A DNA stretch of 64,000 nt from a virus (IMGVR_UViG_3300037249_000571:3527-67526); one strand, 5' to 3'. Shown: positions 26,544 through 36,729, numbered from the stretch's first letter. Numbers and translations: made by a program. Notes: a model not told the origin generated them from the sequence alone.

Positions 26544-29500
26544 CAGGCGCTCACCTCTTTGATCGGTTTATCTTCCGGCGGAACGTCGTATCGGTCTTCG
26601 GATACGAACCATTCAAAGTCGCCGTACTCGGATATAGATTCTACAGCCGCGTCTACCAGTTTGTCGTAGAATTTCCGGTCAATGTCGTCTTCCCGGTGCA
26701 GTTCGCGCACCATTTCCGATTCCATCCACCGGAAATCCTTGCTGCCCGTCGCGAAGGAGTATTTGCCGTCCGCTTCCCGCAGCAGCCACCCGCCCCCGCA
26801 TCCGGGCTTAACGGGCGTGAATTGCCCCACACGCCCAACGAAGTGGTAGTCGTGGCCGGCATCAATGGTTTCCTGAAGCGCCCGCAGTTTTCGTTCCAGA
26901 TCGACGCTGAGAGGAAACGTTCCCTGTTTTGCCAGGAAATCCTGATAATCTTCCCAACGCATGCCGATCGCTTTCAGGCTCTTTTGCAGCAGCTTTTCCT
27001 CCGCTTCCACGTTCGGAAGTTCCTCGTTCATGTCCAGATATAACGCACCGCTGACCGAGAACGTTTCGCACAGGTCGTCGAAGGTGATAGGCTCTTTGCT
27101 GAAAAGAGACTTGAATACGTAGGGTACTGCGAACTGCTTTCCGGTTGCTGTCCATTCGCCGGGGTGATCCTTTACGTCGCCCGGCACGTACCCGTACTTG
27201 CCCATACAGGCTTCCGGTGTATCGTACTTGGCGATATAGACGGCGTCGTTCACGAGGCACATCTTGTCGTAGGTGGCCTCATGCTCAAAGGTGTAGCCAT
27301 ATTTCTTCCCGAAATCCATCACAAACTGGATGATGTCCCTGTCGGCATCAGGGATTTTAATGGAATCGGTTTTGATATGGGCGACGGTGTAGCCGCGTTT
27401 CTGAACCTCCCTTTTCAAATCCACCATGAACAAGGCGCCTCGCTTTGCAACGATGTTGTCCTTGTTCCGGGGATCGCGGAAAGCGTTCTCAAACGCCGCG
27501 CTGGTCAGCCCGTACACGGAATTGATGGCCGTTTTCAGGGCGTTCGCCAGCTCTTTCGCCGTCAATTCTCCGTTCTTTACCTTTTGGATATAAGGCGTCA
27601 GCTTCCCGTCCAGAATATTGTTCACGTCTTCCCAGGCTTTGTGCTTGATGCTCACGCGCCCGTCCACGATTTCCTTGAACCGTGCCGTAAATCGGGGGCC
27701 GAATAGGCATTCCGCGATGATGCTGTGGGGATGCATAGAAGCTACGTCCAATAGCGCTACGTTCCCATGCATTCCGGGAACAGCGTATACATAGCCCCCT
27801 TCGCCCACTTCTTCATCCCGGTAGATACTCACGTAGCCGTTTTTTCCCGACAGATCAATGCTTTCGTAACCGGACTGCGTTTTCTCGGGTGGTCCATAGT
27901 AATACCCGGGGAAATATGGCAGCAGGCTTTCTTCTTCGCCATGAAGCTGGTTCATCATATCGGGGCAGGCGTCCTTCAGGAATTTGAGCACTTCATCCTT
28001 CAGTTCCTTTACCGGCTTGCTCAAATCCCGATAGTTGAAATCCGTCTGCGGTTTCCGTACCTGCCCGAATATGATTTTCGTTGTCAAGCTGTTCGTGGTA
28101 TCGTTTACTGTGAGCCCCGCGATATCGGCCAGAATCTGTCTCGCCGTCCAGTCGCCGGACAGATGGTTGAATACCGCTTCCGTTGCAATCACGTCGTTAT
28201 CGCAGTATTCAGCCACCTTTGACCACAGTTCTTCAGGAACGGGCTTGTCCCATGGCAGGCCAAGCTCCTGATGGTGAATCCCCAGCTCGATCTCGAATTT
28301 TTTCAGGCTCTTTTTGTTCGCGGCAGAGGCAAAGTCATACACATCGGTATAGCTCACATTGTAGGCTTCTCCGAAGAAACTGTCGTTTCGCTTCCCACCG
28401 TTGATGATCCGCTGGCTCAGGTCGTAAAGCTGCTTGTTGCTGTAGCCCATCAGCCTGGCATAAAGAATATGATTATCGTACCGTCGGCAGTTAAAGCCGA
28501 TCAGCCGGTAGCGCATCAATTCCTCGATTTCAGCAGGCTTCGGATTGATCATCCGAACCACCGGCTTTCCCTCGCCAGCCGCTTTCCAGTTCACCAGAAA
28601 GAGATTGGGAAATACTTCCACGTCATAAAATACGATGGGCGCTTCGCTTTCTGTTTTTGCCTCTATTCTGTCCGCTGAGCAGAACTGCATCTTATTCACA
28701 AGCTTCAGGCAGTAGTCCGCCTGATGAGTGCTTCCGGCGGCGAAGGCAATCACGGCGTTCCGCATATCGCTCACGTCGTAGCTCAGCTTTTCGTCGTTGT
28801 AGGCGTCCTCCAGGATCTTGTATATGAAATCGATGCTGGGCTTTGTTCCCGCGTGAATCTCCTTATTCAGGTTTCGTTGAATCAAAGCTCGCAGGCCCTT
28901 TTCGCTTTGAACCGTATCGAAGTTGACTATTTTTTTCGCCTCCTTCAAGGGCAGTCCGTGCGTAATGGTATTCAGCGGCAAGTCGTTGCAGAGCGTCAGT
29001 TTTCGCCTCAAGCTGCTGTTGCCGTTATATACCTTTACCTCGATATGATTGGCGTACATTCGGCTCAACTGCGTCACGTCGCCATTGTAGATATAATGCA
29101 GATGAATGGCTTTCCCGCTTTTGCTCACTTCCGCGTAGGTGGGCGGCCATTTGCTTGCTTCCTCCAGATTCTTCGCGAAGTCCTTTTCCCCGTCCGGACC
29201 CGGAATATCAAAGTCGATCACGATCACGTTTTCGGGGATCTTCACGTAATGAGCTTTGGTTGTATCCAGATCGGCGAGCGTCGTCTTTACCCGATCCCAC
29301 CGCATGGACGGCGTTCCCGTCTCATTGGCGTACTGGGCGGGGCATTCGGCGAATTGCTTATCGAACAGGGAAGGCTGCTCCATTAGCCGCAAAGCGGGCG
29401 GTGTTTTTGTCTCTACTTTTTCATTGTGCTTTTCCTCCTCGAACTTTTCTCTTCGGAATCCCTTGTAATAGCTGCGCACTCTGGTTCCGTCCGGCAGGAT

Positions 29501-30739
29501 TTCCCGTTCGCTGTATTCCCGGAAGTAATTCTTCAATTCTTCCTTGAAAGCGCGCTGGGAATACGGAAAGTTCACCTTAGCGTCCTCGCAGTAGTTCTTG
29601 TACATCGTCCAGGCCGCTTTCAGCGTCGTGTCATCCTGCTTATGGAACACTGCCCAGCTATCCATCACGAAGTTGTAAAAGTCGTTGCTGGCCCCTAACA
29701 TGTTCAGAGGAATATAATCGTCGTAGGCGTCCGGATGATCCAAATATTCCTCTAAACAATGATTGGCGATGGCGCCAAGTTCAAAGGTGATCTGCTTCAT
29801 CAGCCGCCGGTATTCGCCCGGATGCAGCTTTTCCCCAGTGGGAGAAATATCGATCAGCCGCCTGATCAGGCCGCTTTTCGCGTCCGTGATCTTAACGGGC
29901 CGGTTTGTGCCCATAAACAGGAAGCATTTGAAGCTGTTAGAATATAATCCCTTGAACTTTTCGTTCACCGTCATCAGCTCGTGGCTTACCAGGCTGTTGA
30001 GCCTTGTGTTGTCCTCGATCCTGCTCAGATCGCCGTCGTGCTGGATCGCTACCAGCGGATTGCTTTTGAATGCTTCCAGGGCGAAGCTGTCGTTGGCCTG
30101 CCCCAGCGCTTTCGCGTCGAATGTGCTTGTGTAGCCCTCGAACAACTGCTGGATCACGTTCAGCACCGTGGATTTTCCCGTTCCCGCCGCGCCGTAAAAC
30201 ACCACGAACTTTTGCAGTTTCCGGCTTTCTCCCGATACGATGCTGCCAATGGCCCATTCGATTTTCCGGCGTTCTTCCTCGGAATATAACACTTCCATCA
30301 TCCGGTCCCAGGCGCTCGTATCGCCTTTCTCCAAAGGATAGGACAGACGTTTGGAAGCGTAGTCCTTCCGGGTGGTCACCGTGTTGGCGAAAATCAGCTT
30401 CTCGTCCAGCATGTGGAAAGAATCCCGCATCTGCCGCTGGCAATACTTGTGCCATGCGTCGATCATGCCGCTTTCCGCGTCCCACAGATGCATCACCCGG
30501 TATCCGTTCTCAAATCGATGGGCGTTTTCCTTGGCGTACTTATCCAGCTCTCTGTCGATCAGATCCACGGCGTCCTGCTCGTTGGTGGACCACAAGCCTC
30601 TTTCTTCTACCCAGATCGCATAGAAATCACCGCCGCGTATCATTAAATGTTCGCTCGGATTCCGTATGATGAATTTAGGGTAGATTTCCGTTATCCCGCG
30701 TTTTCCCTGGCGGGTGGAAATCATCAGAAAGTCGATCAT
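26543..30739 (-). CDS. SF3 helicase - primase(-like) - family B DNA polymerase fusion
   Basis: GAAGTGKST; VIDFD..SKSGKAIHLHY; YDVE / FNCRRYD / YCDND exonuclease; LDVASMHP, KTAINSVYG, IKTDS polymerase motifs. Confidence 0.85.
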   Translation of the reverse strand: MIDFLMISTRQGKRGITEIYPKFIIRNPSEHLMIRGGDFYAIWVEERGLWSTNEQDAVDLIDRELDKYAKENAHRFENGYRVMHLWDAESGMIDAWHKYCQRQMRDSFHMLDEKLIFANTVTTRKDYASKRLSYPLEKGDTSAWDRMMEVLYSEEERRKIEWAIGSIVSGESRKLQKFVVFYGAAGTGKSTVLNVIQQLFEGYTSTFDAKALGQANDSFALEAFKSNPLVAIQHDGDLSRIEDNTRLNSLVSHELMTVNEKFKGLYSNSFKCFLFMGTNRPVKITDAKSGLIRRLIDISPTGEKLHPGEYRRLMKQITFELGAIANHCLEEYLDHPDAYDDYIPLNMLGASNDFYNFVMDSWAVFHKQDDTTLKAAWTMYKNYCEDAKVNFPYSQRAFKEELKNYFREYSEREILPDGTRVRSYYKGFRREKFEEEKHNEKVETKTPPALRLMEQPSLFDKQFAECPAQYANETGTPSMRWDRVKTTLADLDTTKAHYVKIPENVIVIDFDIPGPDGEKDFAKNLEEASKWPPTYAEVSKSGKAIHLHYIYNGDVTQLSRMYANHIEVKVYNGNSSLRRKLTLCNDLPLNTITHGLPLKEAKKIVNFDTVQSEKGLRALIQRNLNKEIHAGTKPSIDFIYKILEDAYNDEKLSYDVSDMRNAVIAFAAGSTHQADYCLKLVNKMQFCSADRIEAKTESEAPIVFYDVEVFPNLFLVNWKAAGEGKPVVRMINPKPAEIEELMRYRLIGFNCRRYDNHILYARLMGYSNKQLYDLSQRIINGGKRNDSFFGEAYNVSYTDVYDFASAANKKSLKKFEIELGIHHQELGLPWDKPVPEELWSKVAEYCDNDVIATEAVFNHLSGDWTARQILADIAGLTVNDTTNSLTTKIIFGQVRKPQTDFNYRDLSKPVKELKDEVLKFLKDACPDMMNQLHGEEESLLPYFPGYYYGPPEKTQSGYESIDLSGKNGYVSIYRDEEVGEGGYVYAVPGMHGNVALLDVASMHPHSIIAECLFGPRFTARFKEIVDGRVSIKHKAWEDVNNILDGKLTPYIQKVKNGELTAKELANALKTAINSVYGLTSAAFENAFRDPRNKDNIVAKRGALFMVDLKREVQKRGYTVAHIKTDSIKIPDADRDIIQFVMDFGKKYGYTFEHEATYDKMCLVNDAVYIAKYDTPEACMGKYGYVPGDVKDHPGEWTATGKQFAVPYVFKSLFSKEPITFDDLCETFSVSGALYLDMNEELPNVEAEEKLLQKSLKAIGMRWEDYQDFLAKQGTFPLSVDLERKLRALQETIDAGHDYHFVGRVGQFTPVKPGCGGGWLLREADGKYSFATGSKDFRWMESEMVRELHREDDIDRKFYDKLVDAAVESISEYGDFEWFVSEDRYDVPPEDKPIKEVSA

Positions 30740-30742
30740 GCC

Positions 30743-30946
30743 TCATTCCGCCGTTTCCTTCTTGTTTTTCTTATCCAGCTTTTCGTTCAGTTCGTCGATC
30801 TGCTTCTGTAAACCGGCAGAGAGGATCAAGGTCCCCAGCGTCAGCATAATGATCGCCGTTCCAATATTTCTCCTGGTCGCCATCATCTTGCGGATGATTT
30901 TTCGTGTTTGCTTTGAGCTGATGATAACATAATACGTATCATCCAT
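30743..30946 (-). CDS. small TM/coiled-coil protein
   Basis: single hydrophobic helix. Confidence 0.55.
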   Translation of the reverse strand: MDDTYYVIISSKQTRKIIRKMMATRRNIGTAIIMLTLGTLILSAGLQKQIDELNEKLDKKNKKETAE

Positions 30947-30949
30947 GGT

Positions 30950-31540
30950 TTATTCGCTCCCTTCATCGGTAAGTTCGATCAGATATCGCATCATTTGATA
31001 CCAGATTTCCATACGCGGCATGTTGTACGGCGGGTTTCGTACAATGAACAGTCCACCATGGCCGTCGTCAGCATATCGTCTTTCCAAAAAACAGGAGACA
31101 GCCGCCTCAACGAAACTTTCGTTAAAACGACTGTCATCCATGTAATTGAGACAAAGACTTTCAACCATTTCAAAGAACCATTTCCCCGTCCGGTTTCCGC
31201 TGTCGGGATCGTCCATAATGGATTCCTCGCACCGATGCGCCAGGGCAACCATCATTTCCAGCACGCTGCACGGCCTTGTGTCGATGGTTTGCCTGATCTC
31301 CTCAGCAGAATATCCGTGCTCATAGGCAAATCGGTATCTTAAATCGGTTCCGTCGTCAGCGCGGCTTTTGTCCATCGGTAGAATATACGTAAATTCCGTT
31401 CGATGCAGCAGCCGCATCAGCTTGTTCCAGGTTCTTTCTCTGGTATATTGCGGATATGCTACCAAACGAACCATCCAGTCAAAATATTTTTGTCCTATAT
31501 TCGCGGTCGCTCTCCTCGCATACACCTCTCTTTCAGCCAT
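30950..31540 (-). CDS. conserved hypothetical protein
   Basis: 196-aa ORF with RBS. Confidence 0.7.
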   Translation of the reverse strand: MAEREVYARRATANIGQKYFDWMVRLVAYPQYTRERTWNKLMRLLHRTEFTYILPMDKSRADDGTDLRYRFAYEHGYSAEEIRQTIDTRPCSVLEMMVALAHRCEESIMDDPDSGNRTGKWFFEMVESLCLNYMDDSRFNESFVEAAVSCFLERRYADDGHGGLFIVRNPPYNMPRMEIWYQMMRYLIELTDEGSE

Positions 31541-31552
31541 ATATCATTTTCC

Positions 31553-32122
31553 TTAATTTGCCAAATAAGGCTTCTCTTTCAGAATGGCTGCGTAGGTTCG
31601 CGGATCGAGCAGGATTTCAAAATCGGTTTTCAGCCGATCATTCCGCACGTGTACGGAATCGTCCTCGTATTCCCCGAAATGGGTCAGGCTTTCCTTGCCC
31701 ACATATTCCTCGATCAGGTCGTCGTCCATGGGTTTCTCATTGCTGTCCGTCAGCGTTCCGTCCGCGTAATAGGTCAGCGTTACGGAATCATAGCCTTCCT
31801 GATCCTCGAATTCATCCGGGGAAATCACGCGCGGCTTCAAAACGAGAGCAGGCGTTTCCTCCTGCGTATAGCCGTATTGCTTCGCGTAGTGGACGTACTT
31901 CCTTTTGACTTCTTCCGTCACCGGCGTTTCTTTTTCGGAGGGTTTTGGGGAGGCGGCGTCTTTTTTCTTATCCTCGTTCTGCTTCAGAAATACTTCTTTC
32001 ACAGATTCGATTTCTTCTTGGGCCAGCTGGGCATACTGCTGCTCCAGCAGCTTTTTCCCGATCCAGATACCGACGCCGCCGCCGGCAATAAAGGAAAGAA
32101 TGCCGATCGTTCCTTTGTTCAT
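31553..32122 (-). CDS. hypothetical protein with N-terminal membrane anchor
   Basis: FIAGGGVGIWIG segment, acidic C-terminal domain. Confidence 0.7.
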   Translation of the reverse strand: MNKGTIGILSFIAGGGVGIWIGKKLLEQQYAQLAQEEIESVKEVFLKQNEDKKKDAASPKPSEKETPVTEEVKRKYVHYAKQYGYTQEETPALVLKPRVISPDEFEDQEGYDSVTLTYYADGTLTDSNEKPMDDDLIEEYVGKESLTHFGEYEDDSVHVRNDRLKTDFEILLDPRTYAAILKEKPYLAN

Positions 32123-32277
32123 TCTTCGTCACCCCTTGTTTTTATCGTTACGACCGTCACAGCCAATCCGCAGAACATTGCGGAAGCACTGAATAAGATG
32201 CCGCCGACAATATGGCGCTTTCGTTCAGTATCCAGCATCCGGTCCAATCGAAAAATAATTACGTCCAAATAGTCCAT
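32119..32277 (-). CDS. 52-aa TM protein (not in ORF track)
   Basis: MDYLDV...KRHIVGGILFS; GAGGTG RBS; ATGA overlap. Confidence 0.6.
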   Translation of the reverse strand: MDYLDVIIFRLDRMLDTERKRHIVGGILFSASAMFCGLAVTVVTIKTRGDEE

Positions 32278-32292
32278 GCCATCACCTCGAAT

Positions 32293-32448
32293 TTAGTTCT
32301 GTTGTACGAATCGTGTTTGTTCTTTACCCTTCTTAAAGGGAGCTCCTGCGCTGTTCATCACGGCGTATCCGCCGATCAGGCATACGGTGCCCATAGCCGC
32401 AAACATAACGCAGGCAGCAGTTTTCAGGGCTTTCATAGCGGTTTCCAC
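32293..32448 (-). CDS. 51-aa TM protein (not in ORF track)
   Basis: GTG start after GGGAGGT; hydrophobic helix. Confidence 0.5.
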   Translation of the reverse strand: METAMKALKTAACVMFAAMGTVCLIGGYAVMNSAGAPFKKGKEQTRFVQQN

Positions 32449-32493
32449 GTTCGACACCTCCCGTCCGCCGCGTATTTCCCATAAGAAATATGC

Positions 32494-33411
32494 TTATTCC
32501 GTGATAAGCCCCATATGGTAAGCGTGTTCTTCGATCACGCCGTCCACATTGGGGTCGATCATCAGCACATGTTCATAGTCTCCGGGCGCGTCGCTGCGTT
32601 TCCGATATACGTCCTGAATGCGAAGATCAATATAATTGTCCCCGCTCCCTTCATTGTGCTTATCGTAGACCCAGCCAACGCGCTGGCCGGCGATGGAACG
32701 CTTGATGCCCAGCATGTCGTAAATATCATTCAGGGTGAGCATTCCCTTGGCTTGAAGCATCTGATTCGCTACCCGTTCCTGCGCCTGGAGAAAGAACAGA
32801 TTGTAGTCGTCGTTCTGTTCGGCGCCCTGGGCTTCTCCGTAACAGAAATATCTGGCGTAATCGCTGGGAACGGCCTTATCCGTTATATGCACCGTCTTTT
32901 CGACAGTTTGCTCCTTGCCGTCCTCGTCCCGAACCGTTTCCTGAATGGTTTCTTCGTGGGTACCGTTGCGAAGATCTCGATCCGCCTCCTCTCTGTAACG
33001 ATCGACCACCCGGCCGCGGTATTCCTTAAAGCCCGCGTCAAGCACGGTATAGGCGGCTGCCAGCGCCATATTCCGCTTGTGCAGAATATGATGGCCCGCC
33101 AGAATGCTGGTGATGGACGCCGCTTCCACGGCGACGGAAGGCCCGTAAAGCGCAGCGATGCGGATTCCGGTCTTCAAGCGTGCTTTCCGTACTTCTTTTT
33201 TCGTATCCTCTGCTTGTTCGCTGAAGTTTTGGATGTTATTCACTTGCTCGCGATGGGCGTTCAGAATATCGCTCAGCTTCATTGTTGCGAAGCAGGCCAT
33301 GACGCCGCCGGCAACCGCGCCGATGCATCCGCCTGCCACCATGATCTGCGGGCTGTGCTGTTTCAGACAAATCGCGGTCTGATTCCAAATCGAAAGAATC
33401 TTGTTATTCAT
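32494..33411 (-). CDS. DUF6353-like protein, paralog 1
   Basis: KRNMALAAAY..FKEYR and LTLNDIYDMLG shared with 35553 and 37224 ORFs. Confidence 0.7.
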   Translation of the reverse strand: MNNKILSIWNQTAICLKQHSPQIMVAGGCIGAVAGGVMACFATMKLSDILNAHREQVNNIQNFSEQAEDTKKEVRKARLKTGIRIAALYGPSVAVEAASITSILAGHHILHKRNMALAAAYTVLDAGFKEYRGRVVDRYREEADRDLRNGTHEETIQETVRDEDGKEQTVEKTVHITDKAVPSDYARYFCYGEAQGAEQNDDYNLFFLQAQERVANQMLQAKGMLTLNDIYDMLGIKRSIAGQRVGWVYDKHNEGSGDNYIDLRIQDVYRKRSDAPGDYEHVLMIDPNVDGVIEEHAYHMGLITE

Positions 33412-33820
33412 GCGTTTCCTCCTGTGTTACATCGATATACGCTTGGATAAGATCAGCTGCTAAAGAACAGGCTTGAAAATCGTGGGCATCGACAATATTC
33501 TCAATCGCCATTCTCAGCATATCAGGAATCTTCTTATCCTCACAGTATTCCTGAACCGAAATTTCATAGGCCGTGCTGTTAAGATGAACTGTTCGTACCG
33601 AGCAAAACATTGGGGTCTGAACGGCTCGCCGTAAATACCACATAGCCTTTCTCAAATCTTCGATTTTCTTTCCGGGTTCTTTTTTTCCGGCTCTGGAAAT
33701 ATACTTGACAGCATTCCCAAGATGGAAGCCGAGCCCCCGGCTTTCAATGAAATCAATGACCTCGTATTTCCCATCCGTATAGTGGCTTGGATGTTCTACA
33801 GGGTCAAAACTCCCGTCCAT
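33404..33820 (-). CDS. DUF3310-like protein
   Basis: VEHPSHY, GNAVKYISRAGKK, EDLRKAMWYL. Confidence 0.8.
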   Translation of the reverse strand: MDGSFDPVEHPSHYTDGKYEVIDFIESRGLGFHLGNAVKYISRAGKKEPGKKIEDLRKAMWYLRRAVQTPMFCSVRTVHLNSTAYEISVQEYCEDKKIPDMLRMAIENIVDAHDFQACSLAADLIQAYIDVTQEETHE

Positions 33821-34037
33821 AAATATGATACCTCCTTTTCTTTTCGGGGAGCCATACAGGATGTTTCATATGGTTCCAAATATATCTGGCGCGCCATTGA
33901 AAGCGGCTTCTTCTGCTCGTAAAACCGCAGTGAAGACAGCGAATAGAATATTCTTTTCGTTTTCCATCATCGAAGAGGACGTATACCCAGCCCGTCCATG
34001 CACAGAATGGGCATCTTTTTACTCTTGGCTGGATCAT
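33804..34037 (-). CDS. Lar-like restriction-alleviation zinc protein
   Basis: CPFCA...IRCLHCG...A...WN. Confidence 0.55.
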   Translation of the reverse strand: MIQPRVKRCPFCAWTGWVYVLFDDGKRKEYSIRCLHCGFTSRRSRFQWRARYIWNHMKHPVWLPEKKRRYHIYGREF

Positions 34038-34040
34038 AAG

Positions 34041-34187
34041 CTACCACTCCCTCCAGGAATAGAAGACGCGGCTCAGCCCATTGCCCAGCATCGTGAACGG
34101 CAGCAATGCCAGGCAAAGGGGAAGCAGCACCAGATAACAGACCACGCGCTTGAAGAACTGTTCAAAAGCCCATCTTGTGTATGGCAT
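34041..34187 (-). CDS. 48-aa TM protein (not in ORF track)
   Basis: AGGAGG RBS, hydrophobic core. Confidence 0.5.
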   Translation of the reverse strand: MPYTRWAFEQFFKRVVCYLVLLPLCLALLPFTMLGNGLSRVFYSWREW

Positions 34188-34199
34188 AGGAGCTTCCTC

Positions 34200-34811
34200 C
34201 TACAGCCGTTCGGCACGGGGAAGATCGATTCGGTATCCGCCGCCGCGGGCCCGTTCCACAAAGCTGCCGTTCAGGTTTGTCCAGCCGTACTTCTGCGCGG
34301 TATAGTCCGCTTTCAGGCCGGCGAAATCGAACATATCGCCAACGCTAACCGATTGGCAGTCACGCAGCATCCGCTCCATCTGGTAAAGCACGTTCTCCGC
34401 GTCTCCCCGGGAATCAAATATCACGTCGTTGTAGCTGTAGTTCACGGTCGTCTTGGGCTGCGCGCTCGCAGTTTGCCGATTGTCCCGATCTTCATAATAC
34501 TGCCGATAGCTTACGTGTTCCCCGGGCCGCCTGCGAATGGTTTCGCCGGTCATTTTCAGGTTGATCGCGTTGCACACGATGTCCGCGATCGTTCCGATGC
34601 CATTGCAGAACATATCAGAGATGGAGCGCATGAAGAAATTTTCCAGATTTTCCGCGTCGCTCTGCTTGAACATGCTCAGAACGAACTTTTCCAGTCCGCT
34701 CCGTTTCCGCTGTGTCACGCCGCCCGTAACTACTTTTTCAGTATGGCGTTCAGGGATCGGATCGTGCAGTTCCTCTTTCGAGCGATTGGAATTCGACTTG
34801 TATTCGCTCAT
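34200..34811 (-). CDS. conserved hypothetical protein with C-terminus similar to DUF6353-like paralogs
   Basis: VSVGDMFDFAGL...YGWTNL. Confidence 0.65.
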   Translation of the reverse strand: MSEYKSNSNRSKEELHDPIPERHTEKVVTGGVTQRKRSGLEKFVLSMFKQSDAENLENFFMRSISDMFCNGIGTIADIVCNAINLKMTGETIRRRPGEHVSYRQYYEDRDNRQTASAQPKTTVNYSYNDVIFDSRGDAENVLYQMERMLRDCQSVSVGDMFDFAGLKADYTAQKYGWTNLNGSFVERARGGGYRIDLPRAERL

Positions 34812-34829
34812 AATATCCGCTCCTTATTC

Positions 34830-35105
34830 TCAGTGTTGATTGAAGGGGAATAAACCGTGCCGTCGATTGATTCTCCCCATTTGAGCCCGCCATCCATCAA
34901 CTGCTAATTTGCCGAAAAGGACGCGGCGCCATAACGGAACCATTGGGCTTTGAACGAGCTTTTTTAATAGGCGTCGTCCGCTATGGCAGCGCTGACATTT
35001 CCTAAAAAAATTCCTGCTGAGTCCAGTTCCAAGCTGGCGGTTTACTTTAGATACGCCCATGGCCCTTAATCTGGCTTTGGCGATGTTTCTCAAATACTTT
35101 CGCAT
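34830..35105 (-). CDS. basic hypothetical protein
   Basis: from MRKYLR with GAGGAGG RBS. Confidence 0.5.
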   Translation of the reverse strand: MRKYLRNIAKARLRAMGVSKVNRQLGTGLSRNFFRKCQRCHSGRRLLKKLVQSPMVPLWRRVLFGKLAVDGWRAQMGRINRRHGLFPFNQH

Positions 35106-35175
35106 AATTCTCCTCCTCATTTTTGTAAGAAAATCCAAAAAGAAAGGCGCCTTGTTATCAGCGCCTTTGCCTTCG

Positions 35176-35484
35176 TCAGGATTCTTCTTCCTCGTCATCG
35201 ATCTTGAGATCTTCTTCCAGGTTCACTTCCACGACCTGGGGCTCTGCCGGTTTGCCGGTTTTCGTTTTCTTGGCGGCCTTCCTGTCAGCGGCATGGGTTT
35301 TCATCTTGAGGATCAGCGGATCAATCGCATATTTGCAGAGTGCCATTCCGGTGTAGTACGCTCCGATAGCGATCAAACCACCGATCCCCATGGACTTAAG
35401 ATCCAATTTCCACTCAGGCAGGTTGTCCTTGATTGTGTCAACCGTCTCCTGCGCAACAGCCTCGTTCATTTCGATGCTTTCCAT
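35176..35484 (-). CDS. TM-containing hypothetical protein
   Basis: from MESIEM; own promoter motif (35522-35550) and terminator (about 35136-35170). Confidence 0.65.
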   Translation of the reverse strand: MESIEMNEAVAQETVDTIKDNLPEWKLDLKSMGIGGLIAIGAYYTGMALCKYAIDPLILKMKTHAADRKAAKKTKTGKPAEPQVVEVNLEEDLKIDDEEEES

Positions 35485-35521
35485 TGTCTTTCTCTCCTTT
35501 CGTTTTCGAGGGTGTGTCCCT

Positions 35522-35550
35522 TCATAAAAACCTTTGTTTTTTTCGCGGAA
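35522..35550 (-). promoter_or_regulatory. phage promoter-like motif
   Basis: TTCCGC-17-TTATGA. Confidence 0.7.
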
Positions 35551-35552
35551 TA

Positions 35553-36341
35553 TCACTTGTCGAAATCGTAGATCGGCGGAATCAAATGCGTTATTACCAG
35601 ACAGGGTTCTTTCTCGTTGACCAGTTGGCTTGAATAACGCAGTTCGATCATGCCTTTGTCCACGTTCCAGCCAAGTTCGCTGCCAACATCCACCGGCGGC
35701 AATCCGATTTCCATATAGAATTCATTCAAGGAAATATACGGTTCCGTCATGGTTGTCATTTGACGGTTCAGTTTGTTCACAGCGCGTTTGATCGTGTCGA
35801 TGTCCGAATAGAAATATCTTCCAAACAGACTGTCGTAACACAGCGTCCGTTTGGTGTCACCTTCCACGATCGGCGCCTCGGTTTCATTCGGCCTTGGCGG
35901 GTTTTGGGCCACTCGATCCCGGTCGATAGCGTCCCTGATCGCCGATTCTTTTTTTTCGCCGACGGTTTCAACCACCTTGTTCCTGTATTCCCGCAGGCTC
36001 GTTTCCGCCAGGCTATAGGCCGTCGCCAAAGCCGCGTTTCTGCGGTCTTTCATCGTGCTTGCTCCGATCAGGCAGGCCGTCGATACCAGGCCGGTAGCCG
36101 TAGCCGGAATATAACATTTCCAGGCGGCTTCCACCGTTTGCTTCGCGGTCAGCTTTTTGTGGTGTTCATCCTGTTTCTTTTTTTCGATGCGCCGAAGCGC
36201 TTCCGGCGTCGCTTTCACTGCCAGAATGGTTGTCAGGATCATTCCGCTGATGCCGAGGCCCATCAGAATATCGGGGCTGTTCTGCCTCAGCACTCTTCCG
36301 CCATTTTCAATCATTTGTCTAAAGTTAAATTTCTTCATCAT
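35553..36341 (-). CDS. DUF6353-like protein, paralog 2
   Basis: LAVKATPEAL, RRNAALATAY, ISLNEFYMEIGL, LGWN. Confidence 0.75.
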   Translation of the reverse strand: MMKKFNFRQMIENGGRVLRQNSPDILMGLGISGMILTTILAVKATPEALRRIEKKKQDEHHKKLTAKQTVEAAWKCYIPATATGLVSTACLIGASTMKDRRNAALATAYSLAETSLREYRNKVVETVGEKKESAIRDAIDRDRVAQNPPRPNETEAPIVEGDTKRTLCYDSLFGRYFYSDIDTIKRAVNKLNRQMTTMTEPYISLNEFYMEIGLPPVDVGSELGWNVDKGMIELRYSSQLVNEKEPCLVITHLIPPIYDFDK

Positions 36342-36729
36342 CGTATTCTCCTTTGCCTCCGATCCCGAGATATCTTGCCACCAAATTTTCTCCTAAGAAG
36401 CAGTGTTTTTGCTTCTCGTCCTCGTATCGCAGATCAACCAGGATATCGCCAAGGCATTCCGTAACGATTTTCAGGAATTTATGCGTATAAACGTTATCGC
36501 TTTCCATCATGAACATGTCCGAATTCCAATACGCTTTGTGGACGACGGCGATTGGATTCTCGTTGGAATTTCGGATTTTTTCGATCAGCAAGCCGATCAC
36601 ATATTGCATATACGTATACTTCTGAATCACGTAGTCGTTTTTTCGCCAAGGAATATAGAACGGACTGATCCGCACGTCTCTCCGATACCGTCTCAGAAAC
36701 GATACCGCTTCAGACTTCGTCACCCCCAA
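36325..36729 (-). CDS. hypothetical protein
   Basis: 134-aa ORF with GGAGG RBS. Confidence 0.55.
   Translation of the reverse strand: MGVTKSEAVSFLRRYRRDVRISPFYIPWRKNDYVIQKYTYMQYVIGLLIEKIRNSNENPIAVVHKAYWNSDMFMMESDNVYTHKFLKIVTECLGDILVDLRYEDEKQKHCFLGENLVARYLGIGGKGEYDDEEI

Noticed and set aside
26543-30739. Intein or intron inflating the polymerase
   Set aside because: No C/S...HN splice motifs or LAGLIDADG pattern seen; the length is explained by the fused domains
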